A stretch of DNA of 64,000 nucleotides from Octopus sinensis (Eukaryota): contig NC_043008.1 of assembly GCF_006345805.1 (NCBI RefSeq), forward strand, positions 38,874,001-38,938,000. The letters are read 5' to 3'. The notes under the pieces were generated by a model. That model saw only the letters and a program-made list of their open reading frames with translations, had not been told where the DNA came from and made no database searches. This document shows positions 52,547 through 64,000 of this stretch, one piece after another; within the stretch, counting starts at the first letter, position 1, and every line of letters starts with the position of its first letter. Both the position numbers and the translations under genes were made by a program.

Positions 52547-53463
52547 GAAGGACATTTCCCACGGCTCTTTTGCAGGGTCTTCGGCACGGATAGGAGGTAG
52601 TAAGTTATCTTCAACCAGAAATTAATTTCTTGCAACAGGTTGCACGCCATTGTATCATGCGTTGGTGGTGATGGTGGTGGTCGTCGTCGCCGTCGTCGTG
52701 GTGCTGGTGGTCGTGGTGTTGGTGCTGAAAAACTGGTGTAAAATCGATTAAGTGAAACAGCTAAGTAGGGCATGGAGGGATTTTGAACTCAGAACACAAG
52801 GAGTCACAACAAGTACAGTAAAGTATCAATAGGAGACTGAACAGTTCTGGCAATCCCACACCCTGAACTGATAATTCCTGTTATCAACCCGCCAAAAGTC
52901 AACAGCGGGCTCCAACATATTCTAAACATGTAAGAACTTTCAAATCTAGTCTCAGCTCAAGCTTACAGTGTTACAATCACCCTCGCCAAAATGGCTTACA
53001 AATGGAAAGGATCCTAACAGCAAATCTGAGCAAATCAAAGGATCCTAACAAGAACTCTTCAGAATTTCAATTTATTGATGCCCTCTCTGTCAATCACAAA
53101 TTATAGTAATAACCACTTGTACAACACGAGTACCACTCTCTGGATCTTCTTGATCAGTACCTAGTGATAGGCCGAAGCGAGCTGACCAGCAGCTACATGA
53201 AACCGCAAGCTTTATGTAAATGTATCCCTCTTCCAGAAAGATACTACTAGAACAGCTAGTGTTCCTCAATCCCGGTCATTTTATTGCGCCCCCTGAAACC
53301 AACCAAAATTATTCCTGCATCCGCACGCTCACATACATACATACATACATACATACATACATACTACATACATACATACATACATACATACATGCGTACA
53401 TATATACTTTCGTGAATACATACAAACATACATACAAACATACATGCATGCACACATAGATAC

Positions 53464-53556
<93 letters not shown>

Positions 53557-54306
53557 CGTATGCACGTATGTATTTTGTATTGTATATACGTTTGTAGAAT
53601 GGATATTTCTTCCAATCAATTCACAGTAGAGATTCGACCGTGTTCAGGTGTTAGCTATGTTTTATTTAAACTTTTCCATATCTCTTTTTTTTTTGTTTGT
53701 TTTTTTAGTTTGGAACAATAGCTTTCCTAAGTCGATTAACGTTTCACTGAAATAGTGAGAGACAGTGAGACTAAGAGAGAGTGTGAGATGACGTGAATTT
53801 TTCTTGCTTTCTTTATACGCCAAGCCTATCTTCACCAAATTCTACCCCACCATCTTTAAAAATAATCCGTCTCGTATTGGACATTGTAATCTCAGATAAA
53901 CTATATATGAAAGACGTGATTTTTCACTGTGAGAATTCTTTTGATTGTAGTTCTCAATCGCCCAGTATCATTGATGATATACAATAAGAAAAAAAAATGC
54001 TCAGGAGATTTTGAAGTCGGTAATCTGGTATTGGAAATTAATTCTAATAGTAAATAATGGTAAATTAACACAGTTTTCTCTATGCACACTTGATGGCTCG
54101 CATATACGTCAATATGTATAGGTAACCGAATGTAAAATGTGCACTTGCGAAAGTTCCGTTCTTGTGTAATAAGACTCCTAATTAAAAACTCCTTTGCTAC
54201 AGAAGAAAATACTTAATCTAGAAACATTTAATAGCAGAATAACTATTGAGAATATTCTACCGGAAAAAAAGCACACTAATGCGATCGACGATAAGAGAAG
54301 TAGCTA

Positions 54307-54358
54307 ATGAGTGTATTTGCATATTTCGGGAGTTATTGCTTTCTCATCAGCACTACAT
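54307..54358 (-). ncRNA. Degenerate type I hammerhead-like motif
   Basis: ATGTAGTG-CTGATGA-GAAAGCAATAACTCCC-GAAA-TATGCAAA-TA-CACTCAT. The core is intact and stem I has 7 bp with one bulge, but stem II is partly mismatched. Confidence 0.45.
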
Positions 54359-54430
54359 CCAACCCATCAACTATCCATGAACACATTGCTTAAATACCAA
54401 TTTGGTTTAGCGATAAAAGACAATTTTGAT

Positions 54431-54835
54431 CTCTCTTTACTTGTTTCAGTTATTTGACTGCGGCCATGCTGGAGCACCGCCTTTAGTCCAGCAAATCGAT
54501 ACCAGGACTTATTCTTTGGAAGCCTAGTACTTATTGAATCGGTCCCTTTTGCCGAACCGCTAAGTTACGGGGACGTAAACACACCAGCATCGGTTGTCAA
54601 GCGATGTTGGGGGGACAAACACAGACACACAACATATATATATACACACACATACATACATATATATATACATATATACGACACGCTTCTTTCAGTTTCC
54701 CTCTACCAAATCTACTCACAAGGCTTTGGTTGGCCCGAGGCTATAATAGAAGACACTTGCACAAGGTGTCACGTAGTGGAACTGAACCCGAAACTATGTG
54801 GTTGGGAAGTAACCTTCTTACCACACAGTCATGCT
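54431..54835 (-). mobile_element. SINE family A, full-length
   Basis: Consensus match. Confidence 0.92.
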
Positions 54836-54989
54836 TCCTCCTATGATGATTATAAGGAAACCAAGACAATCGTCAATGGATGCTTATATTGCAAGACGTG
54901 AGATTGATTTGAGGTGTTGAAGAAATGACATCGGTAAACTGTTACTGCCAATACAATTTAATACCGGTGGATCAGAATACCCTAACTAC

Positions 54990-55128
<139 letters not shown>

Positions 55129-55148
55129 ATATACATATACACACACTA

Positions 55149-55349
55149 GGCGGCGAGCTGGCAGAAACGTTAGCACGCCGGGCAAAATGCGTAGCTGTAT
55201 TTCGTCTGTCGCTACGTTCTGAGTTCAAATTCCGCCGAGGTCGACTTTAGTACCAGTTACGCACTGGGGTCGATGTAATCGACTTCATCCGTTTGTCTGC
55301 CCTTGTTTGTCCCCTCTGTGTTTAGCCCCTGGTGGGCAGTAAAGAAATA
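55149..55349 (+). mobile_element. SINE family B with an internal deletion
   Basis: GTCGACTTT is joined directly to AGTACCAG; the CATCCTTTCGGGG segment is missing. Confidence 0.9.
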
Positions 55350-56619
55350 TATATATATATATACCAAACAAGGGGAAGGGTGGTTTATGGGATTACCTGA
55401 GGTTTCCCGTCCATAAAGGGTTTAGCTGTATGGTGTATCGTCAGATTCCAAAAACCTGTTGGCCCAAGACTATTGTGTGTGGGGGGGGCAAGGTGTCTGT
55501 GGTGGGGTGCATATATTAATGATCACACACACACATAGATATATATGTATGTATGTACGTATGTATGTATGTACGCTCTCACAGATAGTTATTCTGAAAT
55601 AGAGACAGAAACTAATTGATATTAATAATTAACGGTATTAAGAAGAAGAATTGAGCGTGAAGAAATCACTGTAGCGTAACTCAACAATATATTATTTTCA
55701 TAATTTGTTACAAAGAGTGTTTATCGAACACAACGGCCCTGATTGATTTACAACAGCAAAAGAAAGAATTTGCTTTTCTGAAGGGGTGTACGTTTGTGAC
55801 AGGAAATATCTGTAATTTGTAAGCTCACGCAGTTGTGGTTGTAATGATGCAGTAGTAATGATCGCAGTAGTATAGAAAAGCCTTATTGCCACAAGTTGAA
55901 GAGTAGGTCTTTAGCAATGGTTTGATGGATATCATTACACGGTCTGATGTGAATGACAGAGGTGTTGGGAGTCAGATTTATTACTATCTGAGAAAGAAAG
56001 CATTTTGAGTAATAGAGGCGTTGGAAGGCAGATTTATTGCAATGTGAGAGAGAAAATGTAATGTCTTATGTAACGCTGTCTGTAAATTGCGACTCAGTTC
56101 TAGCAGAGATATTAATCTCTATGTGAGAAAGAATGAAGTTTGAGAAATGAGAGATGAGAGATGAGAGATCATCTTATGGAGCTTATGTAGCAGCCTGACG
56201 TAATCTCTAGTGGAAACAGATCGCTGTCGAGGGCTGAATTCATGAAGTTATATAATCTCCCAAAAAACTTGTAAAAGCTACTCATAATTTTCGAACGGAA
56301 ACTAAAACAATTTCGATGATTTGTTGTAATATATGCCAACAGGCGGCGTGTGTGTAGGCGCTCAATCACCAACCGTTGAAAACATTACCAAATGTGATAA
56401 TATCAACAAAAAGGGGATTCAAAATCAAATAGAAATGCTGTATGATCGAATTCAGGAAGTGGCTTACTTAAACAGTACGTCATACACGTACATAAATGTC
56501 TATATATTGAGACACATATGCAGCACTCACACATAAACACACTCTCTTCTGTTTCCCTATGCATGCAGTTATGTATCTATGCATATACTATGTATGTGTG
56601 AGAGTGAGTATATTTGTAA

Positions 56620-57706
56620 ACATATATAAACTACTGCTTGTAAAGACGAGACAGACTATCGAAACATCTCGACAACCAGCAGCCGAGGAGCAAACAGTTC
56701 TCTGTAAGAACTACAATACGATGAGTCACATGTTCACTCTAACGCAGCTTATAGAAGGAACGAAAGAATAGAAACCTGTTCTGTGCATCGCTTTCATCAA
56801 CCACGAAAAGGTTTTTGATAGCGTCGAAGTGAATGCTGTGCAGACGTCTATGGAAATGCAAGGCGATGAGGCATAATACACCAAACTGCTCAGAGATGAG
56901 AATTCCGAATGCATCACAGATATAGCTCTGCTATTGCCAATTGTGTTTCAATTGAGAAGAACGACACACAGTGAAACCATCTCTCCAAAGCTCTCCACCG
57001 CGTTAGCTGAAGAGGAGGCATGAGCATCAACGGCGAACTACTAACACATTTCCGATTTGCAGATGACATCGTGTTCATCCTTGAAGCTACAATTCAATTG
57101 CAAAATATGCTGATAAAACCGAACCCCACCCCTTAGCTCAATACTGGGCCTTTGAATGACCCACATGTAGTGCGAAAATGTATCACGCGGCCGAATTGGA
57201 GTGGGAAGCGAGGAAATCGAAAACCTAAAAGAGTACGTATAATTGGTGCACACAGAAAATGTGCATCGAGACATGCTGAAATCTCTAAAAGAAAAGGGGC
57301 AAGAGGAAAAGTGCTTACTCGATAAAATATCTGCCCAAAGCGAAGCTGCGCAAGACCTTATGCGCCAGGTTCCTCAATGACTCCGACCTGCTTGTGATCT
57401 TATACGCAAATGAGGTATGGGTTCCTACAAAGAGAGAAGAACATCGATTGACTACGGATTGACTACATCGATTGACATGGAAAGATCCATGCTAGGAATA
57501 TCATTAGGAGAGCATAACCGAAATGAGGTAACTCGAGAGAGGATAAAGTGAACGATGTAATCGTGAAATACCAAAAGCCCAAGTTCTGCCGGGCCAAACA
57601 GGTAAACCCATGCAGTTGTCGAGTGGTGTCCGCAAGATCAGAAGACGCCAATCGGAAGGGCTCCACGACGGTGCGAAAATGATTTTCCAAGATGGTAAAG
57701 AAACGC
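56620..57706 (+). mobile_element. RTE-clade LINE RT relic, heavily decayed
   Basis: Remnants of QP.EQ, HMFTLTQLIE, IAFINHEKVFDSVE, ETISPKLST and NGELLTHFRFADDIVFI across several frames. Confidence 0.88.
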
Positions 57707-58536
57707 ATATTATGATCAGTAATGTATTACATCATCTGACCGTCTGCTCGATACAAGTGATACAGGTGATAGCGTAGAAATGTTATTATATACTAGACTA
57801 AGCATCATAAGATTTCTTTATTTTGCACTGTATACTCATGATTCTTCCATTTCCTATTCACATTTGACATTTATACATTATCCTAAATCTATTAATTTAA
57901 TGTGAATTATGTATTTAGTAGTTTCGCGATGATGTTTGCATCATGGAAAGTAATTGAGTCTCTATTATCTACTTTCTTTAATTCTGTGTATGTGTGTGTG
58001 TGTGCGTGTGTGTTTGAAAGAGAGTGTGAGTAAATGGAGACATCAAAATACCGTATGCTATAAAGTAAAGCTGAAAAATCTTTCCTCGCTTAAAATTATG
58101 AGTTCACAAATGATATTTCAAAAGACACCATAGAAGCAAAGATCTTGGAATATTTTGAAGAATTCCGTTCACTGAAATTTCGTTATAGATGACATCACAA
58201 TTGCAAATAGCTCGAAATTCTTGGATGATTCTACTTCATTTTAAGTTTAAATACATCTCTGTTTAGGTATAAGCAAGTATATATTTGTGTGCGCATTTTT
58301 GTGTATGGGTGTGACTTGTGTATATGTCTGTGCGTTTACACACGCAAAATGAGCTAAGGGGACTAACTCAAGTTGACCAATCGAATCAATTTTGATAACC
58401 TGAGTATGGAGGATGGATAGAAATTTTGATGAAAGAAAAAAAACAAAGAAAAACCGATAAAAACAAGAGAGAGAAACAGAACAGAATATTAACATAGAAC
58501 TCAATATTTAATACAGAGTAATTATAAATAAGGTAG

Positions 58537-58836
58537 AGGCACAATGGCCCAGTGGTTAGGGCAGCGGACTCGCGATCAGAGGATCGTGGTTTCGATTCCC
58601 AGACCGGGCGTTGTTTGTGTTTATTGAGAGAAAACACCTAAAGCTCTCCGAGGCTCCGGCAGGGGGTGGTGGCGACCCCAGTTATACTCTTTTACCCAAT
58701 TTTCTCTCACTCTCTCTACCTGTTGAGTAACGCTGCGATGGACTGGCGTCTCGTCCAGCTAGGGGCAACACATACGCCATAGAAACCGGGAGACCGGGCC
58801 CATGAGCCTGGCTAGGCTTGAAAAGGGCGCATAAAA
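58537..58836 (+). mobile_element. Chimeric SINE: family C head plus V-domain-like tail
   Basis: The head matches 14660-14825 (reverse complement); from GAGTAACGCTGCGATGGACTGG onward it matches the 63464 element. Confidence 0.85.
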
Positions 58837-60031
58837 AATTATAAATATGACACTAAATCTTAAATTTTTGTCACAGAAAATATATTTTAGAGTTTCTTTA
58901 CGGGTTATAAATATTAGAAGCAATAATCTGAAGTCGACAGAGGTATCAATAATTAGATTTCATTAATTTAAACCAACTAAAATCTTCAAAAAGTTTCTAA
59001 TATCTTTATCAGTGTGATGTGCTTTGCAAAAAGATTTCAACAATTTCTAAGAACTGTATGTAATCTTCAAAAATACAGAGATTTTTACCATTGTGTCATC
59101 AGTTGAAACGTGATTTCAACACTTTAAATGAACTGAAATCTTCAAATTATTCCCAGATCATTGCCACTGTGACGTCACTCCTAATGAGATTTCAACATTT
59201 TAAAAATGGTAGTGGTGGTGGTAGGAGGATGAATATTGGTGGTAGTGGTGTTACTTTTATAAGTGATCATAATAGTGGTGTTAATAATGTTGTTGATGGT
59301 GGTGTTGGTTTTGTCAGTGGTGGTAGCAGAGTTGTTGTTGTTTTTGTTATTGGTGGTGATGGTGGTGGTAGTTTGATAGTGCTTGCGGTAGCTGTGTTAG
59401 TGAATATATAACACTATTTTATCAGTTGATGCTACTGATAACACACCAATAATTACAAGTTGAAAGAACATACAAAATACATCAATTGTTTATAAAGAGC
59501 AACGACTAATTGTGATATAAATAATAATAATTATTATATTATTTATTACTTAATTATTAGAATGAAAGAAAGATCAAAGAAAGTAAGAGAGAGAGACAGA
59601 GAGAGAGGGGAGAAGGGGAGCAAAGATAATATTATAAAAGGATAAATAAAAAACATGATAAATGATGTAATTGTTTTCAATAAAGGAAAGTTCATGAGTG
59701 AGGTGATGTGGAATTAACAGAGAAAAGAAAACATTCGAGGAGATAAAACAGAAAAAAAGTGAAAATAATAAGGCGATAAGATCTCTACCTAGTGACGTCA
59801 TTATTTGTCTTCTGTATATTATCTTCTTTATATTGTTGTCTGTAAGTTAGTCTTACCTAAATTTTGCAGGAGGGTACTTCCTACATTGATACATGAGTCT
59901 ATAACGATGCTGAGAATGTTGATATGTGTCACCCACTGCGTGTAACATGCATGAATGTTGGCCACTGTTATGAACGATATAAATACGTTACAGTGTATTC
60001 TGAGTTCAAATTTCACCATTTTGAGGTCGAA

Positions 60032-60185
60032 TGGGCTTTAGCGGTAAGAAGTGTGTTTCCCATCCACATGGTTCCGGGTTCAGTCCCAATGCGTGGCGCT
60101 TTGGACAACTGACTTCTGCTGTTGCTCCGGGCCTATCCGGGCCTTATGAGTGGATTTGGTAGAGGGAAACTGAAGGAAGCTCGTC

Positions 60186-60222
<37 letters not shown>

Positions 60223-60432
60223 TGTGTATGTGTGTTTGTACGTATGTGTGTTGTGTCTTTGTGTCTGTGTTTGTTCCCCACCACTGCTTAACAACCGGTG
60301 TTGTTTGGTTTACGTCCCTATGACTCAACGGTTCGTTAAATATAATTACTGCGGTCTATTCACTCGACTAAAAATGTTTCAAGGCGGTGCCCCAACATGG
60401 TCGCTATCAAATGACTGAAGCAAATAAAAGAT
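60032..60432 (+). mobile_element. SINE family A, diverged full-length
   Basis: CCACATGGTTCCGGGTTCAGTCCC head through the AATGACTGAAGCAAATAAAAG tail. Confidence 0.88.
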
Positions 60433-60797
60433 AGCAGATGAATAATAAATCCTGAGCAGAGAATTGTCGATATTGTGCAAATGTCGAACAGGATGTCATG
60501 TGTATTTGCTCTGCTCCTTTGCGTTCTGAGTACAAATCCCACTATAGCCAGCTTAAGTGAAGATTTTAATTTGTCACCCGGTTGAGCACCTCCACATGAA
60601 AACTTTGACGGAGTCCCCTCTGTTCCAAGTAATCAAACAAGGCTTGAGGCTAAATTTCTCTCTCCCTGCCTCCAGTCCTGTAGGCTCTGCGGAGGGACAA
60701 GGCCCCTGAATTAACTCCTGATTAAAAGATGAATGTACTGCGATTATATGAGAATTACTCCTCCAAGGATTATCTTGTATAAACAATGCATTAGATC

Positions 60798-61340
60798 AGT
60801 ATAGGAGGCAGATGCGACTACTTGACCAGTTCCACCACCGCTGCTTGCGACCAGTCATGGGAATTTCCTGGGAGGACATAGTCTCCAACAATGAGGTGCT
60901 TCACTGAGCCTAAATGCCCCGGATCGAAGCCCTCATCATGAAGGTCCAGCTCCGGTGGGTTGGACATGTAGTCCGATTGGACGATGCGCGTCTACCAAAG
61001 ATGATCTTCTTCTTTGATCTGGCTTCTGGAGCAAGAAACCCTGGAGGGCCACTGAGGAGTACAAGGACAGCCTGAATATTTCCCTTGAGGCCTGTGGAAT
61101 CTCTTGCCTCTGACCGTGGCGCCAAGCGTTCAGCTGTCCAAAAGGGTGTTAAGCTGTTCGAGGGAAAGCGCCTCAAGAGCCTGGACCAGAAGCGACATGC
61201 TCGAAAAGAGAGGATCCCTAACTCTACTTTTGCTGTTATGTGCCCAACATGTGGCCGCATCTGCACGTCCGCCTTTGGGCTACGCTCCCACCTCCAGCGT
61301 CACTAACTTCATCGTCGAACCCCGACAGACTTCCATTAGA
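60798..61340 (+). mobile_element. 5'-truncated RTE-BovB-like LINE 3' end with C-terminal C2H2 finger and short 3' UTR
   Basis: Translation gives YRRQMRLLDQFHHRCLRPVMGISWED..QLRWVGHVVRLDDARLPK..CPTCGRICTSAFGLRSHLQRH*. The segment is GC-rich relative to its flanks. The 3' UTR carries a GTCG..CGAC hairpin. Confidence 0.92.
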
Positions 61341-61700
61341 CCAACGGTTGTTAACATTTATGTGAAATAAATTAGTCATACTACTACAATACACGAAATA
61401 TTTAACTAATCTTTTCATACAATCTTCAATAATATTTAATTACAAAAATATATCAGATTTTTTATAAACATCAAATGATTATGAGAGTCCAGTAGTGTAA
61501 AACAGAAATCAAAGAGGTTTACAGTTACAAAAATGTTTGAGAACCATTGGATTAGAAAGCTAAAATGTGATGCAAACCCTGAATAGAAACCCCAAACCAC
61601 CTACAGTAAACCATAATAAACTACCACTATACCAAAACAGTCTACACTGTCCTCATCACCCCACGTTGTACAGACAAGCATTCGTACACCACTTAAAGGT

Positions 61701-61860
61701 TACGAGTTGGCAGCATCGAATGCATGCTGGATGTTCAGAGTTCAAATTCCGCCAAGGTGGACTTTGCCTTTCATCCTTTCGTCGTCGATGAAATAAGTAT
61801 CAATTGAGCAGTGGGGTTAATGTAATCGATTAGACCCTACCTCCCCTAAAAAAATTTAGG
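61701..61860 (+). mobile_element. SINE family B variant, diverged
   Basis: GAGTTCAAATTCCGCCAAGGTGGACTTTGCCTTTCATCCTTTCG. Confidence 0.82.
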
Positions 61861-62589
61861 CATTTAGGAAAATGTTCGTTTGCCATTTAGACAAATATAA
61901 TCAGCAAAAATAAAAATATAAAAATATAAGAACATCTTTATATTAAAAGGATTATATTTTCTGTACCTCAGCACACTTTAACCCCTACAGTCCTTGTCAT
62001 TATAGGAAAAACTATCGGCTTCCAGACATATATACATTTATTAACCCCCAGGTACTACAACATTTTAAAAGCTTTATGTCACTGCCTACCACTGGGTTTA
62101 GACAAATACCGGAAGAAAAAGAGAGACATCCTAAGAGAAATAACTGGGATATTAATAGCAAATAACTACCAAGCCATATACTGGAATGTACACTGCAGAT
62201 AAACAGCAAACATCACGTTGTAATCGAGTCCACAATCGACCCCAATAATAATTCATAGACGTAAACGGACAATGGGGAGAGTGCCACTTGTCTAGTTAAT
62301 CATGCTGCACGCCATGTGATGAATTACAACATATTGAAGCATCCATTGTGGTCCAGAAATATATTACACGAAGACATGATATGATGTAGGGAAAGAATAA
62401 AGCAAATAGACACAAATACCACACACAGACACACATACACAAATTCACACACACACACACACACAAATAGACACAAACAAACACACTAATACACATAAAT
62501 AAATACCTATAAGGATTTTAAAACGTTCTCATGAAAGGTTAAAAGGAGTCAGTGCTGGTGATTGAGTTGCATTAATAGTGTGTCTGGGA

Positions 62590-62624
<35 letters not shown>

Positions 62625-62643
62625 TATGTATATATATATATTA

Positions 62644-62677
<34 letters not shown>

Positions 62678-63068
62678 CATACTGTGAAGCTAAATCAACA
62701 AAAAAGCACTCCATCTGGTGAGAGATAAATATTCTTTAATAAACACAGGATATATTGTTATTAGCTACTAAGAGTTTCGTGTGATGGAAATGACTCAGAC
62801 AGCATTTTATAACAACCCTGGTTTTTTCATGAAAGCCCCAGGCGATGTCTACATGGCATAACAAGCCAAAATGGAACAATTAAATAAAAGAAAATAAGAG
62901 AAAAAGCGAGAAGCAAATAGATGTAAAAGGTGGAAAGTGGAAAACACCGGAAAACGAAAGGAAAAGGAAAAAGAAAAAAACGATGAGACCTAGAATTATG
63001 TCCCCTATGATCATGAATTCATAATAAGGCTGAATGGATAGGGGCTTCATAATCAGTAGTACAGCTGT

Positions 63069-63450
63069 TCAATCCAGAGAGTGGGGTATTTTACAATTCG
63101 CCAACAGGAACTTATCCAAATAGTTAAATCCGCTGAAAATTTCTGATGTGGAATTCAGCAGTGCAGTGGAATCCTTAGACCTGCAAAGGATCTGTGATCG
63201 TTCAGCTACGCATAGTTTACAAATTTTTGATCCGTTGGCATATGGTGTGGACTTTCCAACTATTTTCCACTTGACTGTATGTAGTGTGGCTTTAGATTTC
63301 AAAACCCATACGTGACTAGCCAACCTAGCGGCTTTACTTTTGTCCACACCCAACAGAGATCCAACATCTAACGTCCTTGAATTTACTCCTGCTCGTTATG
63401 TTGATCTCTTTTCTTCTCTTCCTCGCTTTTTAATGGATATTTTTCGAGCA
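63069..63450 (-). mobile_element. Penelope-like element GIY-YIG endonuclease C-terminal fragment
   Basis: ORF 63069-63353 LASHVWVLK..VKWKIV..PYANGSKICKLCVAE..LLNSTSEIF..KFLL matches the LS.H.W.LK..W.I..Y..CxLC..E..LLN..E..K.LL pattern of PLE endonucleases. The upstream FK motif is frameshifted. Confidence 0.82.
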
Positions 63451-63463
63451 TATGAAGGACTGA

Positions 63464-63712
63464 GGAGGTGCGTGGTTTAGTGGTTAGGGCATCAGCATCA
63501 TGATTGTAAGATTGTGGTTTCGATCCCTGGACCGGGCGACGCGTTGTGTTCTTGAGCAAAACACTTCATTTCATGTTGCTCCAGTCCACTCAGCTGGCAA
63601 AAATGAGTAACGCTGCGATGGACTGGCGTCCCGTCTAGCTGGGGAACACATACGCCATAGAAACCGGGAAACTGGGCCCATGAGCCTGGCTAGGCTTTAA
63701 AAGGGCGCATTT
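63464..63712 (+). mobile_element. tRNA-headed SINE with CORE-like segment and V-domain-like tail
   Basis: TAGTGGTTAG / GGTTTCGATCCC boxes, GTGTTCTTGAGCAAAACACTT and CTGCGATGGACTGGCGTCCCGTC. Confidence 0.85.
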
Positions 63713-64000
63713 AGTGTATATATGAAGGACTATATTCAAACGGTATAATTTTTAGCATTTTTGTTCCTCCTTGAGCGTTTATCTAAAAACATGAAACTTA
63801 TGAAAGTCTTTTGCACATTTCTTGCTTTTTGTTTTATCTTATTTATATGTACTGTTTGGTATACATTCACATATATATTTGTCTGTGTGTGTGTGTGTGT
63901 GTACTAGAATGTAAAAGCAGGAAAAATTACATTAAAAAAATCACAGAAGATATATGTCCATAATACAAATAATATCGTATTAATAAAAAAGTATATAAAC

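Overview
This is AT-rich, microsatellite-saturated animal DNA, very likely from a coleoid cephalopod (Octopus), judging from SINE families I recognise from recall rather than from a search. I can confidently call no intact host gene. The long ORFs in the track are either microsatellite artefacts or decayed transposon proteins. Contents: (1) more than 35 copies or fragments of tRNA-headed SINEs from several families, including one with an internal microsatellite and chimeric head/tail combinations; (2) Tc1/mariner relics, namely a full-length TIR-bounded Tc1, an Hsmar1-like mariner 5' half, an internally deleted mariner with both TIRs, a DD34D C-terminal fragment and a maT-like relic; (3) a hAT-like transposase relic; (4) CR1, RTE and RTE-BovB-like LINE fragments; (5) a Penelope-like GIY-YIG fragment. 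The most notable signal is ten hammerhead-ribozyme-like folds in short, non-coding, mostly (TA)n-embedded repeats. One core-intact hammerhead is present twice, in opposite orientation, in the two arms of a 214-bp, ~99% identical inverted repeat (19623-20074). That repeat is part of a ~1.36-kb cassette that splits a SINE at its central microsatellite. A few isolated splice-site-bounded exon candidates are reported at low confidence.
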